DNA from: a virus | Reading direction: 5' to 3' (one strand) | Virus record (IMG/VR): IMGVR_UViG_3300025418_001265 | Location: 32,980 to 96,979 of that record | DNA length: 64,000 nucleotides | Shown: one piece after another, positions 40,313 to 49,380 of the stretch | Position numbering within the stretch: the stretch's first letter is position 1 | Layout: every line of letters starts with the position of its first letter | Position numbers and translations under genes: made by a program | The notes under the pieces: generated by a model | What the model was told of the DNA's origin: nothing | The model's database searches: none | The model's input: the letters and a program-made list of their open reading frames with translations, nothing else

Positions 40313-40672
40313 ATGGACGGACAAAAGCAAAACAATATTTCAGCTCTACCCACGTTAAACACCCTAGCGTTAGAGAATTTATTTAACGTATATAATGATG
40401 GACAGAATTACTTTTATAATTTAATTGGTACTGTTAATATACCCGTAGATTTAGATCCTACTACATATGGTTATTATACAGTTACGTCTGATAATACACC
40501 TTGGACACTTGTATCTCAAAAAGCTTATAATACGCCTTCTTTATGGTGGTTAATATGCTGTACAAATAATATACAGAACCCAGTTCAATTTCCTAAAGCC
40601 GGCACCCAACTAAAGATATTAAAACCTAATTACGTATCAAGTATATTACAACAAATAACTACTAGTAGCTAA
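40313..40672 (+). CDS. Baseplate wedge protein (gp53/LysM-like)
   Basis: WTLVSQKAYNTPSLWWLICCTNNIQNP...GTQLKIL. Confidence 0.7.
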   Translation: MDGQKQNNISALPTLNTLALENLFNVYNDGQNYFYNLIGTVNIPVDLDPTTYGYYTVTSDNTPWTLVSQKAYNTPSLWWLICCTNNIQNPVQFPKAGTQLKILKPNYVSSILQQITTSS

Positions 40673-42246
40673 TGGCTATATCTAATACAACTGTTAATAG
40701 TGTGCCTTCTAGTGAGGTTAATACTAAGTTTTACAATCGGCAAAAATATCAAATTGATGTTATATTTGATAATTTGCAAGGTAATAAATTTCAGTTAAAC
40801 ATAGCTAGCTTAGTTTCTCTAGATATAGAAGAAGATAGTAGATCTTGGTTTAAGAAGGCTAGTCTTGTTATAAAAAATCCTGATAATATATTTGAGCAAA
40901 AAGTAACTGCAAGTGCTTCGTCAAATCAATACTATAAGTTTCGTAATGATGGTAGAGATTTAGTATATGTAACAGTTAAAATACTTAATGATAGTACTAT
41001 TAAAGAGGCTGATTTACAAATAGATTATAATGTCTGGGGTATGTCATATGTGTTTTCTATTTACGATAGAGAAGAAATACCAGGTGACACTACCAAACAA
41101 AAACAATTAAAGCTTTATTTGTGGGAATTTGAGCAGCAAATTCTTAGTGAAACTAACGTGCAATGGTCTACAAATGAATTGTTATCGAGTGGATTAGTAC
41201 CGGCTTATGCTACTGATGAACAGAAATTAGTACCTACAGGTAAAGCTATTAAGAGTTTATTAACTAAAACTTTAGAAAAGTATTTACCGCAGTCATTTAC
41301 AAAAGACTGGGATGATGGTTCTAGTAAAATATTTTATAGTGCTCCAGCGAATTATAAAGCAGCAGATGTACTCAATTATTTGTTAAAGAAGCAGGTTAGT
41401 TCTCAAATAGGCACGGACAGCGGCGCAGATCCTTGTATACTGACTCGTACTCGTTACACAAATCAATGGTCTTTAACTTCTTATTCCAACTTCTTTGCTA
41501 AAGCAATTGATAACAAGTCTACTACTAACAACACTAATCCAACACCACAAGCAGGTAGTTTACAAAGAGAGATCATACAACTGGCTTCTCAAACTGGTCA
41601 AGAACAGAATGAATTTTTATTCAATTTACCACAATCTCCGTTTAGTTCTTATATTAATAATACTAACTTCTTTGATCCTATAACTAGTGTAATTAAGAAT
41701 ATTAATTTTGTGGATATGGCGTCTATGGATAATACGGAGTTTATGGTAACGTCTCCTTGTTATAGTAATGACTTTAAAAATAAAACATTTAGTGTAGATT
41801 TTACTAATAATGATATTGCTAACGTGAAGGGGTTTATTGACAAGAATTATTCAAATAAACTTAAGCTATATGCAAAACCTGACACATTAGTCACGCTTAA
41901 TAAAAATAAAACAGATACCCACGCGGTTAATAACATATACTCATACAGCCCAGATAAAGTAAGTCGTTTTGCAGAGGGTAGAAATTCTTTGCTTACTGCT
42001 GCTTTATTCTACAATACTTCTGTAAGCTTTACCACTCTAGGTTCACCTATACGAGAAGCCAATACATTTATCAGTATAGAAAAAGCTAAAGGTGGTGTTT
42101 TGGATGAGTTTTACAACAAGTTACTAGGTCAGTGGATGGTATATAGTGTAATACACCGTTTTAGTGAAACTTCGTATACTAATGATATAGTAGCTCTTAG
42201 AGTACACGCAAACGACAACATTAACATTAACTCTAATATATCATAA
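40672..42246 (+). CDS. Baseplate hub protein (gp27-like)
   Basis: LDIEED; C-terminal GSPIREA...LGQWMVYSVIHRF...Y.N; lies between gp53-like and gp5-like genes. Confidence 0.55.
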   Translation: MAISNTTVNSVPSSEVNTKFYNRQKYQIDVIFDNLQGNKFQLNIASLVSLDIEEDSRSWFKKASLVIKNPDNIFEQKVTASASSNQYYKFRNDGRDLVYVTVKILNDSTIKEADLQIDYNVWGMSYVFSIYDREEIPGDTTKQKQLKLYLWEFEQQILSETNVQWSTNELLSSGLVPAYATDEQKLVPTGKAIKSLLTKTLEKYLPQSFTKDWDDGSSKIFYSAPANYKAADVLNYLLKKQVSSQIGTDSGADPCILTRTRYTNQWSLTSYSNFFAKAIDNKSTTNNTNPTPQAGSLQREIIQLASQTGQEQNEFLFNLPQSPFSSYINNTNFFDPITSVIKNINFVDMASMDNTEFMVTSPCYSNDFKNKTFSVDFTNNDIANVKGFIDKNYSNKLKLYAKPDTLVTLNKNKTDTHAVNNIYSYSPDKVSRFAEGRNSLLTAALFYNTSVSFTTLGSPIREANTFISIEKAKGGVLDEFYNKLLGQWMVYSVIHRFSETSYTNDIVALRVHANDNININSNIS

Positions 42247-43496
42247 TGGCTTTAAGTGCACAACAGGTAATCAAAACATACGACTATTATAACTCGTTAA
42301 CCTTGGTGCCTGGTTACGTTGCTACTGGTTACGAGCAAGAGCAGTATATTGCTAAAGCTCAGTATAGTACAGATTTTTCATCTAACCCGATTGGTTCTAA
42401 GGTAGACTTCTTTACTCATTTAAATGACCCTTGTATTAGTATAGTTGCACCGCACCCAGTGTTTACTATACCTAAACCTTTATCAGCTCTTGATCCACAA
42501 TGGTTTAACGGATATTGGGATGAAGCAATGTTCTATTCTCATCCACTGGTTAAGGAGCAAATAAGCGCAAACGCGCCCGACGTTTATCAAGACTTTTCTG
42601 ACTCAGTAGGTACACTGACATATACCCCTAATGATTTTGACCCAGGTAATCCCGGTGCGTATGGACACGATGCATTTAATTCAGGTTTATTAGGTAAAAT
42701 ACCGTCTCGTTTATCAAATCAGGTAAACAAATTAAATGGTGATATGTTTAAGTTGTACGAAAAGTTTTCTCCTGCCGGGCTAGGTTTAGATAAAAACACT
42801 TTTGTATCTCAGGTATTCGCACATCAATCTAGTACCTACACATTACAGGCTGGTATTGCAACAAGGTTTGGTTCGTTAAAAATAAAGCTACCATTTAATA
42901 CAAATATGACTGGTAACTTAATAGACCCTGTTGCTTGGACTCAAAAGAATGTTATTGAAGGGGTAAACACTGCAGTAGATAAAATAAATGGAGTAATTAA
43001 GACTCCAGGTAGATTGTTATCAGAAGGGTTAACAAAGTTAAAGTCTTTATTACCAAAGATAACATTACCTTCATTGAGTAAGTTACTTGGGTTAAATGTA
43101 CCAGATAGTAACATTAGCAATGTCTTGGCTTCTTTACAAACTTACGGTAACGCTGTTAAATCAATATTAAGTACTGCTCAAGGTGTAATTACAGCTGCTC
43201 AACAAACCCAACAAGCCATACAACAAGGTATTGGCAGTGTAGCTGGTACCATTAATCAAGAAACCGGTAAACTTGTAAATGTGGTAGATACTGTTAACCG
43301 TTTACCCGCTACTGTACAAGGTATTAATAGTGTAGTAAACGTAGGTGGTACTACCGCAGGAATGACCTATCAAACACCAAACGCTATAACTGGATTAAAC
43401 AAGAATAGCGTAGTAATTATACCTGGCAATACAATTAACTCTCAGGGTAACGACTCTGTAGTTAAAGTTGTCACCAATCAATATCCTGTAACCTAA
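42246..43496 (+). CDS. Hypothetical baseplate-associated protein
   Basis: 416-aa ORF coupled by TAATG overlaps on both sides. Confidence 0.65.
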   Translation: MALSAQQVIKTYDYYNSLTLVPGYVATGYEQEQYIAKAQYSTDFSSNPIGSKVDFFTHLNDPCISIVAPHPVFTIPKPLSALDPQWFNGYWDEAMFYSHPLVKEQISANAPDVYQDFSDSVGTLTYTPNDFDPGNPGAYGHDAFNSGLLGKIPSRLSNQVNKLNGDMFKLYEKFSPAGLGLDKNTFVSQVFAHQSSTYTLQAGIATRFGSLKIKLPFNTNMTGNLIDPVAWTQKNVIEGVNTAVDKINGVIKTPGRLLSEGLTKLKSLLPKITLPSLSKLLGLNVPDSNISNVLASLQTYGNAVKSILSTAQGVITAAQQTQQAIQQGIGSVAGTINQETGKLVNVVDTVNRLPATVQGINSVVNVGGTTAGMTYQTPNAITGLNKNSVVIIPGNTINSQGNDSVVKVVTNQYPVT

Positions 43497-45667
43497 TGAT
43501 CGAAAAATACAATAGCATTTATCTTGGTATAGTAGTACAAAACAATGACCCTGAATATAGAGGTCGTATTAAGGTTTGGGTACCGCATATATCTGTAAAC
43601 GTATATAATAAGTGGAATCAGTTAAAACAGGATCAAACGTTTGCATTTCCTGGTTCCCCGGGTGGAGAGAATTTAAGCTTAATACTAGGGGATTTAAAAG
43701 ATCAATTGCCCTGGGCTGAATTTTCTAGCCCTATAATGGGTGCTTCTACAGGCGGTTACTATAATGCTTATAGTGATACTAATTCAGTTTCAGATGCTCC
43801 TATAAATTATGGTCAGCCTGGTACCAATTTTTCTAACTCATCTTCTGCAACTCAAATAGACCCGGAAAATAAAGGTGGTAAGCCCGGGGCGTACTTTGAG
43901 TCTCATCCAGTAACTGATGCTTTTGGTAATACTGCTAAGATTAATGCTCAACAATTTAATCAATTCTCTAACACATATAAACCTGCTACATATTCAAATT
44001 CAGCTAAAGGTGTATTCTCAGTACCTAATGTAGGTGCGCACGTTTGGGTATTTTTTAGAGATGGTAGTCCTCTTTATCCTGTTTATTTCGGGGCAGCATT
44101 TGGTCAAGAAGATCTAAACAGTATTTTTAAGTCAGGAGATGGTTCATATCCAGATTATCCAGGTTCTTATGAAAATAAGAACCCTAGAGCTGGTGCACCT
44201 ACAGTAGACCATTCTACCTATCGTAACAAAATGGTTATTAATCAGCGCGGTGCAGCTATAGAAATAATTAACACGACTGATAGAGAGTCTTATAAGGTAA
44301 CTCACTTTAATGGTGGTTTTTACGAGCTCAATAACAAGTATACGTCTTTATTTAACCCTAAAAACTTTCAGTTACTAACTCTTAAAGATAAATTTGAAAC
44401 TATTAACGGTCATAGCAACCTATTTGTACAAAGAGATAGTGATAACATTATACAAGGAGATCATTGGCTTAAGGTCGGTAATTTTAATATTGATGCAGCT
44501 GCTGGTTGGACTGATCTTTATAAGCAATTAGCTTCTGCAGTTGATTCAGCTACTATTGCAGCTACATTACAGAGTTTAGTAAACCCGTTAGCTGATCAAG
44601 AAAAGACAATGGGATTCGGCGGTAATAGCTTTGAATTTATAGCTAAACATAAAGTTTCAACAATAGGCTTAGTAGCTAATACTTTACCGGGATATACCCA
44701 AGATCCTTTTGCTAAAACAATAACTACAGGTGTTTATCCAAACTTAGCAGCTGGTTATTTTGCTCCAATACAAACTCAAATTGCAGGGTTTAAGGAATTA
44801 TTTGTACCCGATATGCCTGGCGGTAATTATGATATATTTGCAATGAATCGCGTTAAGATTCAGGCAGGTACTGGTGGTGCAACATTACAGACTTCCGGTA
44901 ACTTAAAAATAAACGGCGGTACAGTTAATGTAAGAGGTGAGTACGTAGGTATTGGTGCAAAAGACGGGCAAGTAGACGTAAACGCTACAGTTGTTACTAT
45001 TAATGGTGACTCTGTAATACTTAAGAACAATATCGGTAAACAGGTAGTAGTGGATAGTACTTTAGGTGTAACTAAGAACGTTATTATCGGTGGAGGTGCT
45101 TATGTAGAAGGAGAGTTATTCGTTAATCATATAACAGCTCCAATTGAATACCAGGTAACCGAAAACACTCAAATTGTTGCAATTGGACCTCCAGTAAACC
45201 CAGGCGGTGCACCTGGAGTACCTGCAACAGGTTGGTCTATTGATGGTGCTTTAACTCAAGGTGTACTAAATGTAAGTCTTGTTGAAGGAGACCTAGCTAC
45301 TACAGGCAATACCGCGGTACTAACTGTTGATGTGGGTAGTTTGTTGAATTTACTCGGTGGGGTGCTAACAATTGCACAACCACACTCTCACGTGTTTAAA
45401 AACATACCTCTTACTCTTAAGAACAAGCCTGCAGTTGAGGGAGTGCCTATTCCAGGACCAAATGAATTTAACGAATACGCAACTAGTAAGATCGGTGTTT
45501 CAGACAATAAAGCTATTGGTTCTGAAGCAAGATTTGACGGTAGAGTTGCAACTGTTGGGGTACCACCACCTTCAGTGTATTCAGTAGGCACTGAAGGTTT
45601 ACCGACTAATTACCCGAACGGTCCTGGTTCTATAAACGCAGGACCGGCGGTTAAACCTGGTACTTAA
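43496..45667 (+). CDS. gp5: Central spike/puncturing protein (gp5/VgrG-like OB fold and beta-helix), no lysozyme domain
   Basis: YLGIVVQNNDPEYRGRIKVWVP...LPWA...VPNVGAHVWVFFRDG.P.YPVYFG; HSH motif near C-terminus. Confidence 0.8.
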   Translation: MIEKYNSIYLGIVVQNNDPEYRGRIKVWVPHISVNVYNKWNQLKQDQTFAFPGSPGGENLSLILGDLKDQLPWAEFSSPIMGASTGGYYNAYSDTNSVSDAPINYGQPGTNFSNSSSATQIDPENKGGKPGAYFESHPVTDAFGNTAKINAQQFNQFSNTYKPATYSNSAKGVFSVPNVGAHVWVFFRDGSPLYPVYFGAAFGQEDLNSIFKSGDGSYPDYPGSYENKNPRAGAPTVDHSTYRNKMVINQRGAAIEIINTTDRESYKVTHFNGGFYELNNKYTSLFNPKNFQLLTLKDKFETINGHSNLFVQRDSDNIIQGDHWLKVGNFNIDAAAGWTDLYKQLASAVDSATIAATLQSLVNPLADQEKTMGFGGNSFEFIAKHKVSTIGLVANTLPGYTQDPFAKTITTGVYPNLAAGYFAPIQTQIAGFKELFVPDMPGGNYDIFAMNRVKIQAGTGGATLQTSGNLKINGGTVNVRGEYVGIGAKDGQVDVNATVVTINGDSVILKNNIGKQVVVDSTLGVTKNVIIGGGAYVEGELFVNHITAPIEYQVTENTQIVAIGPPVNPGGAPGVPATGWSIDGALTQGVLNVSLVEGDLATTGNTAVLTVDVGSLLNLLGGVLTIAQPHSHVFKNIPLTLKNKPAVEGVPIPGPNEFNEYATSKIGVSDNKAIGSEARFDGRVATVGVPPPSVYSVGTEGLPTNYPNGPGSINAGPAVKPGT

Positions 45668-46155
45668 GAACGCGGTAATACGTTATTAGTAGTAATAATT
45701 TGAATAGGTTCTTTAGTCTTAATCTTTAGATTATTAGTCTTAAAGAACTTATTCGGTACGTTAGTAATAGCCTGGCCAATAGATGATACTGGATACTTTT
45801 GACCCTTCTTAGAGGCATTGAAGTTGTATGCGCCTGTCTTAATAGAATCAATAACAGTAGCTACATCATCATCTTCTGGAATCTGTAATACCCAGCCTAC
45901 CAAGTCTTTAGTAATAATACCAGTAGTATCTGATACAAGCATAACGAATTGTTGCTTTGGTTTTGGTTCGCCTTCTTCATCGTTGCCTGTTTCCTCAGCA
46001 GGATCAACACCTTCTTCTGCTTTAGCGACTTCATCAACAGCTACAGTGGCGTTGCTTAATAAATCAAGAATTTCGTTAATCTTTTCTTGATCGTCAATAG
46101 TTTCTTGTAAAGCTGCAACAACAGCTTGTAGTTTGATATATTCTTCCTTACTCAT
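45664..46155 (-). CDS. Hypothetical protein
   Basis: 163-aa ORF; possible sigma70-like TTGATA-N16-TAACAT upstream. Confidence 0.7.
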   Translation of the reverse strand: MSKEEYIKLQAVVAALQETIDDQEKINEILDLLSNATVAVDEVAKAEEGVDPAEETGNDEEGEPKPKQQFVMLVSDTTGIITKDLVGWVLQIPEDDDVATVIDSIKTGAYNFNASKKGQKYPVSSIGQAITNVPNKFFKTNNLKIKTKEPIQIITTNNVLPRS

Positions 46156-46254
46156 AGGTGTAATACTATGTTATAACATATTTTTACTTTATCAAGTATA
46201 ATCTTTGGATATTTCTTGTTTAAATAGGGTGTACGCATAAATATATTAACTAAT

Positions 46255-46479
46255 ATGAAGTTTCAAGAGCTATGCGAACAATATGGAATGTTAAAGAGAG
46301 AACAGCGTATGTTCTATCCTAAGAACTTTAACTTATCCGAAAAGTTCATTAGTGCTTTAAAAGAAGAAATTGCTTTACAAGAAAAAGCAGGTATTGATGC
46401 TAATAAGTTTGCACATAAACTTAATAGAGCGCTTCAGTTTCATATTGACGAACATAAAAAAACCCCTGCACCGAAGTGA
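46255..46479 (+). CDS. Small late protein (possible head-internal protein)
   Basis: ATAAATA upstream; N-terminus MKFQELCEQY. Confidence 0.6.
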   Translation: MKFQELCEQYGMLKREQRMFYPKNFNLSEKFISALKEEIALQEKAGIDANKFAHKLNRALQFHIDEHKKTPAPK

Positions 46480-46485
46480 GGGGTT
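46456..46485 (-). terminator. Intrinsic terminator with cUUCGg loop after the beta-barrel gene
   Basis: Minus strand AACCCCTCAC-TTCG-GTGCAGGGGTTTTTTT. Confidence 0.75.
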
Positions 46486-46516
46486 AGTTGTCTAAGGGTG
46501 TGAAAAGTTCTAGTTA

Positions 46517-47248
46517 TTAGAACTTGAATTTGTAACCAACGTTATAACCAGTGATTTGAGCAGCTGAGTCTGTTAATGAGGTGCGTTGTGCAAATAAGTT
46601 TGCATTGATACCGTGCCAATCAAGACCAATACCTGGTTGATAGTACTTCTTAACGTTCTTAAGAGCAGCAATTGTAGCAGCGCCTGGATCATTGAAACCA
46701 ACAACTAGTGCTGGAACAATTTTAAGAGCACCAAATGTATTGATTGGTGTGTTAACACCGAATTCAAAATTGTTGCTACGATTAACTGTATCGTTAAGAG
46801 CGCGGCCTTGCCAGTTAAGATGACCACCAAACCAGCTACCACTTAATTTAACAAATGGTAAGAAGTTGTGATTAGCTTGACCAGTAGCTTCTGCTGCATT
46901 TACGTGTCTTAATTCTGCACCGAGTGTTAAGTCAGCGAGAGGAGACGTGAATTTATAACCAGCATCAAGATAAACGCGCTTTAGACCAGATGCATCGGTT
47001 GTTGATACTGTTTTACCAGCTACAACTGATGTTGTGGTTGTGTCGCTAACTTTGTCAAATGCTGTTACAGCAAGATCAATGCCGTATACATTTGTACCAA
47101 CGCCAGCTGTTGCATAGTTAGTACCGACTAATAGACCTTGTTGGATTAGCTTTGAGGTAAATCCGACATCTAAGTCACCGCTAACTGGAGCAGCTTTTAC
47201 AACGATTGCGATTAATGACAATGCGAGGAATGTTAATAGTTTCTTCAT
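46517..47248 (-). CDS. Outer-membrane beta-barrel protein (porin-like)
   Basis: Sec signal MKKLLTFLALSLIAIVVKA; amphipathic strands; C-terminal YNVGYKFKF BAM-type signal; TATAAATA at 47255-47262. Confidence 0.8.
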   Translation of the reverse strand: MKKLLTFLALSLIAIVVKAAPVSGDLDVGFTSKLIQQGLLVGTNYATAGVGTNVYGIDLAVTAFDKVSDTTTTSVVAGKTVSTTDASGLKRVYLDAGYKFTSPLADLTLGAELRHVNAAEATGQANHNFLPFVKLSGSWFGGHLNWQGRALNDTVNRSNNFEFGVNTPINTFGALKIVPALVVGFNDPGAATIAALKNVKKYYQPGIGLDWHGINANLFAQRTSLTDSAAQITGYNVGYKFKF

Positions 47249-47314
47249 ACTCTATATTTATATATTATTACCAAATTTAATCAACTTTTATTAATATTTT
47301 TTTACAAAAGGATT

Positions 47315-47950
47315 TTATAAAAAACTCGGGCCCTTTTGTCCCTGCTTGATTCCCATAACTTTACGTACTAATAGTTTGAAGTAGAAATAAATTGTTAGTC
47401 CGATTGATGGTAATAAAAGTTTATTACAATCTCCCTTTATTTTACTGGAACCGATACGATATACTACGTTCAGTTTTCTACCGGTTTCGTGTTTAACGCT
47501 GTTAATGTTAACTGTACTACCGGTGTAATCTTGATCAGACCAATTATCTACTAGTATATCTGCATTCATTCTATTACCTGTACCTTTTAATGTACCAAGT
47601 ATAACAACATCACTACCGCCTTTAACACTAAAAATTTGATTACCGATACCGGGTGTTGAATTACCGAAAGTTCCGTGCACAACAGCAGATACTTTATTGT
47701 TTATATCTACAGAACACTCACTGCCCTGGTCTACTACTAAATTAGTTAACGTAATCTTAGCATTATCTGCAAGTTTTAAAATACTAGCAAATGAAGTAGG
47801 GTTGGGTGGGGTAAATGCTGTGCTGTTGTCGGTTGGAGCTGGTACCTGTACAATATAAGGACTACCCGCACTTAGGGACCAAGCACCTGTACCTTCAGCA
47901 TTGCAAGCGTAAGAAAGATAATTAACGTCTATAGATGTAGATTTGCTCAT
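47315..47950 (-). CDS. Hypothetical protein, beta-rich with C-terminal hydrophobic/basic segment
   Basis: 211-aa ORF; TAAATA 7 nt upstream. Confidence 0.65.
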   Translation of the reverse strand: MSKSTSIDVNYLSYACNAEGTGAWSLSAGSPYIVQVPAPTDNSTAFTPPNPTSFASILKLADNAKITLTNLVVDQGSECSVDINNKVSAVVHGTFGNSTPGIGNQIFSVKGGSDVVILGTLKGTGNRMNADILVDNWSDQDYTGSTVNINSVKHETGRKLNVVYRIGSSKIKGDCNKLLLPSIGLTIYFYFKLLVRKVMGIKQGQKGPSFL

Positions 47951-47985
47951 AATAAACTATTTACCTTAATGTCTTACTATTCAAT

Positions 47986-48020
47986 AAAAAGGAACCCGGC
48001 TCAGATTGCTCCAAGCCGGG
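47986..48020 (-). terminator. Intrinsic terminator
   Basis: Minus strand CCCGGCTTGGA-GCAA-TCTGAGCCGGGTTCCTTTTT. Confidence 0.8.
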
Positions 48021-48041
48021 CGTTGTTTTTCTAGTTAATAG

Positions 48042-48227
48042 TTAAAAAAGATGCTGGTGAGGAAAACCAACGTGATCGAAAAACCACTGTTTTACCTTTT
48101 GCCAACTTCCTTTTAGGTTTTCAACGAACTCTGACTTTACCTTGCGGCTACCCACCTTGTAATCATCGAGGGCGATTTTTACAAGACCAGCAACAGCAAG
48201 ATAACTTGTTATCATTAATGCTTGCAT
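48042..48227 (-). CDS. Small protein with hydrophobic N-terminus
   Basis: 61 aa; own TAAGTA motif (48299-48304), structured leader and terminator. Confidence 0.55.
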   Translation of the reverse strand: MQALMITSYLAVAGLVKIALDDYKVGSRKVKSEFVENLKGSWQKVKQWFFDHVGFPHQHLF

Positions 48228-48372
48228 AGTTGTTGTTGAGGTTAGAACCTCGGCCCGAGGGCTTCGGTTGTTATGCTGGATACTGTCACCAGCACAAATA
48301 CTTACTTGGGTTTCTTAAATAATATTAAGAAAATCCATAGGAATAAACTATCACTTCTATTTGGATTAAGAA

Positions 48373-48447
48373 TGGTACCCCTACGCGGAATCGAACCGCG
48401 ATTAGCGAAATGAAAATCCGATGTCCTAACCGTTAGACGATAGGGGC
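48373..48447 (-). tRNA. tRNA-Glu (UUC)
   Basis: GCCCCTA acceptor; anticodon loop TTTTCAT; T arm CGCGG-TTCGATT-CCGCG; encoded CCA. Confidence 0.9.
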
Positions 48448-48454
48448 AAAAAAA

Positions 48455-48837
48455 TGGTGGACCTGCCGGGTACTGCCCCCGGGTGTTCTGTAATGTTCTT
48501 ATCAGTTTCTACAAGCTTATCATTACTAATAAGATGTATACCCGTAATGCTAGTATACAAATTGTTTGGTAGTATTCCTGCTATTCTACTACCATTGAAT
48601 AGTCAGTCTCGCTGAATGACGGTTATAGTATATAGCGAGAATCTATATTATAACCGATCGAGCTTAAGCAGCTGCGAGTGCGAAGCTTTCGCCGAATGAA
48701 AGAGATTCTTTCACGGAAGCGACTGCGTTCTTGAGGCTTTGAATGATGCCGTTTGTTTTTGTAGTAATTTATAAAGGATTTACTAATCCTGCTTGCTTCT
48801 AATACATCTGCCACAGAGTCGAATCTGGTACAGGCCC
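48455..48837 (-). ncRNA. ssrA: tmRNA (one-piece)
   Basis: 5' GGGCCTG..GATTCGAC and 3' CAGGTCCACCA with G3-U70; PK1-like AGGAT/ATCCT plus TAGTAA/TTACTA; tag frame 48750-48664 ending FALAAA-stop. Confidence 0.9.
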
Positions 48838-48881
48838 ATTAAAATATGTTAAAGAACTATAAGTAATATAATATATTTACA

Positions 48882-49280
48882 ATGAATAGCAACTTAAAAG
48901 TTTTAGCGGAGCAATATCAAACAATACTCGAAAAACGTGTTCAACCTGAACCAGAAACAGAAGAGTCGTTTGAACAGTTCTTAACTAAAAGAGCTGCGGG
49001 TGCTGCTAAAATTGCTCATAGTTCAAAAGAAAAGGGTGGGTTTGCTACTTTAACAGCTATTCATTTTGCTGCTAAAGCTAAACCTTATAAAGAATCAGAG
49101 CAGTGGGCTACTAAAGAAGGTAAAGACGCACATTACAAAAAAATGGCAGAAGAAGTTTATGCTAAATTAGCAAATTTAGATAAACTATCTCAAAAAGAGT
49201 TTCAAGCTCTTATGGGTGAGCTGGAAGTTTGGGGCGAAGTATATATTCGCTCAACTAAGCCTGAAAGTTTAAAGATTTAA
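48882..49280 (+). CDS. Hypothetical late protein (possible head-internal protein)
   Basis: 132 aa; N-terminal LAEQYQTILE; sits antisense within the RNA-gene cluster. Confidence 0.65.
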   Translation: MNSNLKVLAEQYQTILEKRVQPEPETEESFEQFLTKRAAGAAKIAHSSKEKGGFATLTAIHFAAKAKPYKESEQWATKEGKDAHYKKMAEEVYAKLANLDKLSQKEFQALMGELEVWGEVYIRSTKPESLKI

Positions 49281-49282
49281 AT

Positions 49283-49357
49283 TGGAGCGGAGTGACGGGC
49301 TCGAACCGTCGACATCCTCGTTGGCAACGAGATATTCTACCACTGAATTAACCCCGC
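49283..49357 (-). tRNA. tRNA-Gly (GCC)
   Basis: GCGGGGT acceptor; TCTCG-TTGCCAA-CGAGG anticodon arm; GACGG-TTCGAGC-CCGTC T arm; TCCA end. Confidence 0.92.
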
Positions 49358-49380
49358 GTATAAAATATTTAGTTAAGATC

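Noticed and set aside
48623-48814. 63-aa ORF in the ORF track
   Set aside because: Lies within tmRNA in a different frame from the tag
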